NCBI GenBank assembly: GCA_944321435.1
Contig: CALULH010000001.1
Span: 252,452 to 316,451 of the forward strand
Source of the DNA: an uncultured Coriobacteriaceae bacterium
Lineage (GTDB): Bacteria; Actinomycetota; Coriobacteriia; Coriobacteriales; Coriobacteriaceae
Length of the DNA stretch: 64,000 nt
Reading direction: 5' to 3'
Position numbers and translations under genes: made by a program. This document shows, one piece after another, positions 58,257-64,000 of the stretch; positions within the stretch are counted from its first letter, which is position 1; each line of letters begins with the position of its first letter. Below the pieces are notes generated by a model. That model saw only the letters and a program-made list of their open reading frames with translations. It searched no databases and had not been told where the DNA came from.

Positions 58257-61061
58257 TTGTCATCCAAGCATAAGACCGAGCAGAACCCGTCCGCCCTCAA
58301 GGCAAAGGACAAGGACAAGCGCAAGAAAAAGCACAAGAAAGCCGACGGGCTCATGCCCGAGAACGAGGCTGTCATCGACGAGGGCACCCAGAGCGCCCGC
58401 AAGCTCGCCAACGCCGAGAAGTACGACTTCAGCTACACCCAGAACCGCGAGCTTTCCTGGCTGCGGTTCGACAACCGCGTGCTCTGCGAGGCGTTCGACG
58501 CCGACGTGCCGCTTTTCGAGCGGCTCAAGTTCGTCTCGATCTTCTTCTCCAACTTGGACGAGTTCTTCATGGTGCGCGTGGGCGGGCTCTCCGACCTGGC
58601 CACCCTGAAGAAGCAGCCCCTCGAGAACAAGGGCAACCTCACGGCGTCCGAGCAGATCGACGTGGTCCACAACACGCTTGCGCCGCTCACGCGCCGCGCG
58701 GCCGACGGCTTCAACGCGCTCGAGGCGGAGCTCGCCGGCTGCGGCGTTGAGCGCCTGCGTCCCGAGACCCTCACCGGCGAGGAGCGCACCTTCGTGGAGC
58801 AGTACTTCCACGCGTACCTCTCGCCCGTCATCTCGCCGCTCGTGATCGACCCGCGCCACCCCTTCCCCAACCTGCGCAACGGCGCGCTCTACCTGGTTTG
58901 CGGCCTGGAAAGCGCCGACGAGGAGAACCTGCTGGGCCTCATCGAGGTCCCGGCGGCGCTCAACCGCACCGTGGAGATCCGCGTCCGCGGCGACGTGAGC
59001 CGCCAGGCCTACCGCTACATGCTCATCGAGGACGTCATCATGACCTGCCTCGACAGCTGCTTCGGCAGCTACCTGCCGCGCGACCGCGCCGTGATTCGCG
59101 TCACCCGCAACGCCGACATCGACCCGGACGGCGAGGGCGTCGAGGAGGACTCCGACTACCGCCTGCACATGAAGCGCATCCTGAAGCAGCGCCTGCGCCT
59201 GCAGCCGGTGCGCCTTGAGGTCGAGGGGCACCTCAAGAAGGGCAACCTGACCATGATCCGCAAGGCGCTCAAGCTCTCCCAGGGCGCCGTCACCGTGCTG
59301 GACATCCCGCTCGACCTGGGCTACGTCTTCGCCGTCGAGGACCGCATTCCCGCCGCGTCCCGCGCCGACCTGCTGTTCCCGCCCGTGTCCCCGCAGCCCA
59401 GCCCCATGTTCGACCCCGACCGCCCCGTGCGCGAGCAGGTCATGGAGGGCGACAAGCTCCTGTTCTACCCCTACGAGTCCATGGACCCGTTCCTGAACCT
59501 GGTGCACGATGCCGCGCACGACCCGGAGTGCATCTCGCTGCGCATCACGCTGTACCGCGTGGCCAAGCAGTCGCGCCTGTGCGAGAGCCTCATCAGCGCG
59601 GCCGAGGGCGGCAAAGAGGTCACCGTCCTCATGGAGCTGCGCGCCCGCTTCGACGAGGCCAACAACATCCAGTGGGCCGAGCGCCTGGAGGCCGCCGGTT
59701 GCATGGTGATCTACGGCTCCGAGGGCTTCAAGTGCCACTCCAAGATCTGCCAGCTCACCTACCGCAAGGGCATGCGCCTCAGCCGCATCACGCTGCTGGG
59801 CACCGGTAACTTCAACGAGAAGACCGCCAAGACCTACTCCGACTTCATGCTCATGACCGCGCACGAGGGCATCGGCGAGGACGCCAACGCGTTTTTCCGC
59901 AACCTCTCGCTCGGCAACCTCAAGGGCACCTACCGCTACCTGGGCGTGGCGCCCGCCAGCCTGAAGCCACTCATCATGAACGGCCTCAACCGCGAGATCG
60001 AGCGCGCCCGCGCTGGCCAGGGCGCCTACGTGTTCATGAAGATGAACTCGCTCACCGACCGCGAGGTCATCGACAAGATCGCCGAGGCCAGCCAGGCCGG
60101 CGTGCGCGTTGAGATGATCATCCGCGGCATCTCCTGCCTGGTGCCCGACATCCCCGGAAAGACCGAGAACGTGCATATCCGCTCCATCGTGGGCCGCTTC
60201 CTGGAGCACGCGCGCGTGTACATCTTCGGCGTGGAGCAGGACATGATGTACTGCTCGTCGGCCGACATGATGACCCGCAACACCGAGCACCGCGTGGAGA
60301 TCGCCTTCCCCGTGCTCGACCCCACCTGCCGCGAGCTCGTGAGCACCTACATGAGGATGCAGCTCGCCGACAACGTCAAGGCCCGCCGCCTCACCTCCGA
60401 CGGCACCTGGGCGCCTGTCGAGCGCGCCGAGGGCGATGAGGACTACAACGCCCAGACGCAGCTCGTGCTGCGCGCGTACCGTCGGGCCAAGGAGGCCGCC
60501 GACGAGCGCCAGGACGAGATCCGCGCCCACTTCGACCCTGCAAACGTCGAGCAGAACCCCAGCGCCGCCGTGGAGCAGCTGGCCGAGAAGCTCCAGCACG
60601 AGGACGAGGCGGCCGGCCGCGCCGACGCCGCCGAGGCCGCCTCGCGCGTGGCGGCGCAGGAGCGCGACGCCCCGACGGACCCCATGGGCGAGAAGAACGC
60701 CGCCGCGCCTGCCCCCAGCGCCCCCGCGCAGCAGCCCATCGGCAAGCACGCCGCCCCCGCGCCGGCCGTGGCCCAACCGGAGCCAGCGCCCGCCGAAACG
60801 GCAGCTGAGCCCGCGGCGCAGCAGGCTCCCGCGGTGCCCCACTTCGAGGCCGAGCTCATCGAGCCCGCCCCGGCACAGGGAGCCTCCCCCGCCGCCGCGC
60901 CCGAGGAGGCCCCGCAGCCCGAGCGCATCGTCGTGCGCCAGCGCGGGCGCCTGCGCACGGGCCTTGCGCTCATCGGCCTGGGGGTGCGCACGCTCTTCTC
61001 GCACGGCGCCGCCCCCAAGGCGCTCGAAAGCGGCCAGGGCAAGCGCCCGCGCCGTCGCTAA
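58257..61061 (+). CDS. ppk1: polyphosphate kinase 1 with a Lys-rich N-terminal and an Ala/Pro-rich C-terminal extension
   Basis: YTQNRELSWLRFDNRVL, FFSNLDEFFMVRV, two PLD-like HKD-type regions (CHSKICQL..., RFLEHARVYIF). TTG start 10 nt after AAGGAGGA. 934 aa, versus about 700 typical by my recollection. Confidence 0.9.
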   Translation: MSSKHKTEQNPSALKAKDKDKRKKKHKKADGLMPENEAVIDEGTQSARKLANAEKYDFSYTQNRELSWLRFDNRVLCEAFDADVPLFERLKFVSIFFSNLDEFFMVRVGGLSDLATLKKQPLENKGNLTASEQIDVVHNTLAPLTRRAADGFNALEAELAGCGVERLRPETLTGEERTFVEQYFHAYLSPVISPLVIDPRHPFPNLRNGALYLVCGLESADEENLLGLIEVPAALNRTVEIRVRGDVSRQAYRYMLIEDVIMTCLDSCFGSYLPRDRAVIRVTRNADIDPDGEGVEEDSDYRLHMKRILKQRLRLQPVRLEVEGHLKKGNLTMIRKALKLSQGAVTVLDIPLDLGYVFAVEDRIPAASRADLLFPPVSPQPSPMFDPDRPVREQVMEGDKLLFYPYESMDPFLNLVHDAAHDPECISLRITLYRVAKQSRLCESLISAAEGGKEVTVLMELRARFDEANNIQWAERLEAAGCMVIYGSEGFKCHSKICQLTYRKGMRLSRITLLGTGNFNEKTAKTYSDFMLMTAHEGIGEDANAFFRNLSLGNLKGTYRYLGVAPASLKPLIMNGLNREIERARAGQGAYVFMKMNSLTDREVIDKIAEASQAGVRVEMIIRGISCLVPDIPGKTENVHIRSIVGRFLEHARVYIFGVEQDMMYCSSADMMTRNTEHRVEIAFPVLDPTCRELVSTYMRMQLADNVKARRLTSDGTWAPVERAEGDEDYNAQTQLVLRAYRRAKEAADERQDEIRAHFDPANVEQNPSAAVEQLAEKLQHEDEAAGRADAAEAASRVAAQERDAPTDPMGEKNAAAPAPSAPAQQPIGKHAAPAPAVAQPEPAPAETAAEPAAQQAPAVPHFEAELIEPAPAQGASPAAAPEEAPQPERIVVRQRGRLRTGLALIGLGVRTLFSHGAAPKALESGQGKRPRRR

Positions 61062-61123
61062 AGATTTAGCGCATATTCCGTCATCGGGAGCGGGGCCGTG
61101 CCGGCGCGCGGCCCCGCTTCGCT

Positions 61124-62515
61124 ATGATTGCAGCAAGACAACCCGGGCCTGCGGCCGACCGCGCCACGCGGCGGGCGGGCCCCGACAGACGGGAGCGACC
61201 CTTGAACCTCACCTGCGAGCGCATGAGCTACGGCCCCGACGCCATCGCCCACGACGAGAACGGCAAGACGGTGTTCGTCGCTGGCGGCGTACCGGGCGAC
61301 ACGGTCGAGGCCGCGCTCGTAAGCGACGGCACGAGCTTCTCGAAGGCGAAGGTCGAGCAAGTCGTGACCCCCGGCGCGGACCGCGTGCAGCCCCCTTGCC
61401 CCTACGTGGGGCTCTGCGGCGGATGCCCTTGGGGCATCCTGTCGCGCTCTGCGCAGCTCGCCGCCAAGCAGGCGAACGTTGCCGACGCGCTCACGCGCAT
61501 CGGGCGCTTCTCGCCCGACGAGGTCAAAGGCCTGGTGCGCCCCATCCGCCACGCCCGCGACGACTGGGGCTACCGCAACAAGATCGAGCTCGCCCCGCGC
61601 ATGCAAGGCAACCGCCTGGTGCTGGGCCTGCATGCCGCCGAAGCCGACACGGTGGTCAAGGTCAAGCGCTGCCCGCTTTTCGAGAAGCGCTTCGGTGCGG
61701 CCGTCGCGGCCGTGGAAGGAGCGCTCGCCTACGCCACGCACGGCCGTGACTTGGGAATAGAGCGCGTGGGCATCCGCGCGAGCCGCCGCACCAAGGACCT
61801 CGAGGTGGCCTTCTGGACCCCCGCCGGACCTTTCCCGCGCGCCGAGATGGCCCGTGTGCTGCGCGATGCCGTGAAGCCCACGAGCGTAGTGCGCGTGCTC
61901 ACTGCAGGCGAGGCGCGCGCACGCCGCGTGAAGAAGGTGGAGGTGCTGGACGGCTTCGGCAGCTGGTCCGAACGCATTGGCTCCGAGACCATGCGCTTGT
62001 CCGCGCCGTCCTTCTTCCAAGTCAACACGCCCGCCGCCGAGATCCTCATCCAGCTCGTCATGGACGCGCTCGCCCCGCGTGCGAACGAGCTGGCGCTTGA
62101 CCTGTACTGCGGCGCCGGCACCTTCACGCTGCCGCTGGCGCGCAGCGCGGGCGCGGTATGCGCCGTGGAGTCCTACGGCCCCGCCGTGCGCGACCTGCGC
62201 CGCAACCTGGAAACCGCGCGGTTGGACAACGTCGAGGCCGTGGGCGGCGACGCGGCGCGCGAGTTCCCCGACGAGGAGCCCGACGTGCTGGTGGTGGACC
62301 CGCCGCGCGCCGGCTTGGCCCCCGAGGTCGTCGAGCTTATCTCGCGCACGGGCGCCCGCGACGTGGCCTACGTGTCCTGCGACCCGGCCACCCTTGCCCG
62401 CGACCTCGCGCGCTTCCGCGATGCCGGGACCTTCCGCCCCTTGAGCGTCACGCCCGTCGATCTTTTCCCGCAAACCTTCCACGTGGAGACGGTCACGCAT
62501 CTGACGCGCGGCTAA
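61124..62515 (+). CDS. RlmD/RumA-type 23S rRNA (uracil-C5)-methyltransferase (TRAM domain, 4Fe-4S cluster, SAM-dependent methyltransferase)
   Basis: Cys cluster CPYVGLCGGCPW, FFQVN, LDLYCGAGTFTLPLA, VVDPPRAG, and YVSCDPATLARD with the catalytic Cys. The true start may be the in-frame TTG at 61202. Confidence 0.85.
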   Translation: MIAARQPGPAADRATRRAGPDRRERPLNLTCERMSYGPDAIAHDENGKTVFVAGGVPGDTVEAALVSDGTSFSKAKVEQVVTPGADRVQPPCPYVGLCGGCPWGILSRSAQLAAKQANVADALTRIGRFSPDEVKGLVRPIRHARDDWGYRNKIELAPRMQGNRLVLGLHAAEADTVVKVKRCPLFEKRFGAAVAAVEGALAYATHGRDLGIERVGIRASRRTKDLEVAFWTPAGPFPRAEMARVLRDAVKPTSVVRVLTAGEARARRVKKVEVLDGFGSWSERIGSETMRLSAPSFFQVNTPAAEILIQLVMDALAPRANELALDLYCGAGTFTLPLARSAGAVCAVESYGPAVRDLRRNLETARLDNVEAVGGDAAREFPDEEPDVLVVDPPRAGLAPEVVELISRTGARDVAYVSCDPATLARDLARFRDAGTFRPLSVTPVDLFPQTFHVETVTHLTRG

Positions 62516-62562
62516 TGGGTACAAGGAAACAAGCTTCGGTCATCCAACACGAGGGGGTTCCC

Positions 62563-63111
62563 ATGCCAGGCGTCGCCGTACTTGTCGCTGACGGATTTGA
62601 AACCATCGAATGCCTTACCGCCGTTGACGTTCTGAGGCGCGGGGGCGTCAAATGCGCCACCGTCTCGGTTATGGCAACGCGCGAGACGGTAAGCTCGCAG
62701 CAGGTTCCCGTGACCTGCGACTACCTCTTCGACGAGGTGGACTTCGACGACTTCGACTACATCATGCTTCCCGGCGGCCTGCCCGGCGCCACCAACCTGG
62801 GCGGCGACGAGCGCGTCCTCAACCTGGTGCGCCGGTTTGCGGCCGAGAAGCACGTGGCTGCCATCTGCGCCGCCCCTGCCGTGGTGCTGGCAAAGGCGGG
62901 CGTGCTCGAGGGCCACCAGGCCACCTGCTTCCCCAGCTTCGCCGACACGCTGCCCAAGGGCGTCTACGCAGGCCCCAAGACCGTGGTGGTCTCCGGCAAC
63001 ATCATCACCGCGAGCGCCATGGGCCAGGCCCTGCCGTTCGCCCTCGCGATTCTCAAGGACATCGCCGGAGATCAGGCAGTCGAGAAGGTCCGGGAGAGCA
63101 TCCAGCTATGA
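62563..63111 (+). CDS. DJ-1/PfpI family protein
   Basis: VAVLVADGFETIE..., nucleophile elbow AAICAAP. ATG at 62563. Confidence 0.88.
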   Translation: MPGVAVLVADGFETIECLTAVDVLRRGGVKCATVSVMATRETVSSQQVPVTCDYLFDEVDFDDFDYIMLPGGLPGATNLGGDERVLNLVRRFAAEKHVAAICAAPAVVLAKAGVLEGHQATCFPSFADTLPKGVYAGPKTVVVSGNIITASAMGQALPFALAILKDIAGDQAVEKVRESIQL

Positions 63112-63677
63112 TCTTGGCTTCGCAGTCCCCGCGCCGCATCGAGCTCATGCAGGAGGCCGGTTACGCTCCCCGCGTGATCCCCGCCGCTATCGACGAGACC
63201 CCCTTGCCCGGCGAGCAGCCGGCCGATTTGGTGGCGCGGCTCTCCTCCTCCAAGGCCCACGCCGTGGCCGCCGCGCACGCCGCCCCCGATGAGATCGTGG
63301 TCGCGGCCGACACGGTAGTAGTTCTCGACGGCAAGGCCCTGGGCAAGCCGGCCGACGCCGATGAGGCCCGCTCCATGCTGGCGCGGCTTTCCGGCCGCAC
63401 GCACCAGGTCATGACCGGCGTGTGCCTGCTCGTCGGCGGGAAGGGCTCCCCCAAGCCGGTGTCCTTTGTGGAAACCACCGATGTGACGTTCTACGCGCTT
63501 AGCAAGCAGGAGATAGACGCCTATGTGGCGAGCGGAGAGCCCATGGACAAGGCCGGCGCCTACGGCATCCAGGGAACGGGCGGGCGACTGCTGGTACGCG
63601 GAATCGCAGGCGATTTCTATAACGTCGTGGGTCTTCCCATCGCTGCGGTCGTGCGGGCCATACGGGGGTTGTCGTAA
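63108..63677 (+). CDS. maf: Maf family nucleoside triphosphate pyrophosphatase
   Basis: ILASQSPRRIELM, ADTVVVLDGKALGKP, KAGAYGIQG motifs. The ATG overlaps the DJ-1 stop (ATGA). Confidence 0.92.
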   Translation: MILASQSPRRIELMQEAGYAPRVIPAAIDETPLPGEQPADLVARLSSSKAHAVAAAHAAPDEIVVAADTVVVLDGKALGKPADADEARSMLARLSGRTHQVMTGVCLLVGGKGSPKPVSFVETTDVTFYALSKQEIDAYVASGEPMDKAGAYGIQGTGGRLLVRGIAGDFYNVVGLPIAAVVRAIRGLS

Positions 63678-63710
63678 CGGCCGCGTTGTTGGGCGCTGCA
63701 AAGCCAAGCG

Positions 63711-63780
63711 GAGGGGCGGGGTGATAAGAACCCGGATTTTGCCCGTTATCAAAATCCGGGTTCTTATCACCCCGCCCCTC
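63711..63780. repeat. perfect 70-bp palindrome (30-bp arms, 10-nt loop), probable divergent member of hairpin family 2
   Basis: gaggggcggggtgataagaacccggatttt-gcccgttatc-aaaatccgggttcttatcaccccgcccctc with no mismatch. The 5' end GAGGGGCGGGGTGATA resembles the 2a start GAGGGCGGGGTATATC. Confidence 0.95.
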
Positions 63781-63863
63781 AGCGCATTGTCATTGTCGGT
63801 ACGTCCTCGGACCGCGCGGCGGAAGGCCTGCTACGTCCGGCACATGAAGTGAAAGGTGACTCT

Positions 63864-64000
63864 ATGACTGATCGTACTCCGTGCCTGCAACCCATCTCGT
63901 TGCGTGAGCTTGCCGATTTCCGCATCGGGCACTGGACGGATCTTGACGCGGGAACGGGGTGCACGGTTATCGTGGCTCCCGAAGGCGCGGCGGCGGGCGT
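63864..64000 (+). CDS. P1/S58 (DmpA-like) family peptidase, N-terminal fragment; gene runs off the right edge
   Basis: MTDRTPCLQPISLRELADFRIGHWTDLDAGTGCTVIVAPEGAAAG. The GHxTD...TGCTV pattern is typical of this family. Only 45 codons are visible. Confidence 0.55.
   Translation, partial: MTDRTPCLQPISLRELADFRIGHWTDLDAGTGCTVIVAPEGAAAG

Noticed and set aside
58260-61004. Very long antisense ORFs mirroring real genes, for example 58260-61004(-) opposite ppk1, 43906-46800(+) opposite the ATPase, 33064-35310(+) opposite mrdA, 15798-17747(+) opposite glyS and 13-966(+) opposite ispG.
   Set aside because: Their translations are Arg/Gly/Ala/His-rich low-complexity strings with no motifs. The opposite strand in each case encodes a protein with unambiguous family signatures. 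Stop-codon scarcity in GC-rich DNA produces such shadow ORFs.

Overview
High-GC bacterial chromosome segment (about two-thirds G+C by eye), almost entirely housekeeping genes. Gene content and order suggest a Coriobacteriia/Eggerthellales-type actinobacterium with Firmicutes-like synteny; this is an inference with no database check. Minus strand, right to left: rpsP-KH-rimM-trmD-lepB-glyQ-glyS / rplS-rnhB-yraN-comM-dprA-trmFO-xerC / rpsB-tsf-pyrH-frr-uppS-cdsA-dxr-rseP-ispG. Next come dinB, a visibly AT-rich ParE/Phd toxin-antitoxin cassette, and rsfS-yqeK-nadD-obg-rpmA-rplU. These are followed by a radical-SAM pair (TIGR03960/TIGR03936 type), an orphan protein, the elongasome block rodA-mrdA-mreDCB, a TPR protein, a cyclophilin, a zinc-ribbon membrane protein, acnA, a P-type ATPase and tRNA-Arg(CCG). 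The plus strand then carries a complete aromatic amino acid operon (aroF-tyrA-aroB-aroA-aroC-pheA-aroE/aroK fusion-aroQ), convergent argF, ppk1, an RlmD-like methyltransferase, a DJ-1 protein, maf and the start of an S58-type peptidase. I found no CRISPR array, prophage, transposase, integrase or multi-gene defence-like island. The unusual content is non-coding. (i) A family of long (65-107 bp) intergenic hairpin elements, REPIN/MITE-like, has at least eight copies in the window, and two of them bracket the foreign TA cassette as direct repeats. (ii) A second repeated element of about 110 bp carries TGCATGCA boxes and occurs at two loci. (iii) There is a 9-bp tandem repeat. Start codons were refined by hand from Shine-Dalgarno context where the ORF track gives only the longest ORF. 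All homology calls come from motif recognition, not from searches.
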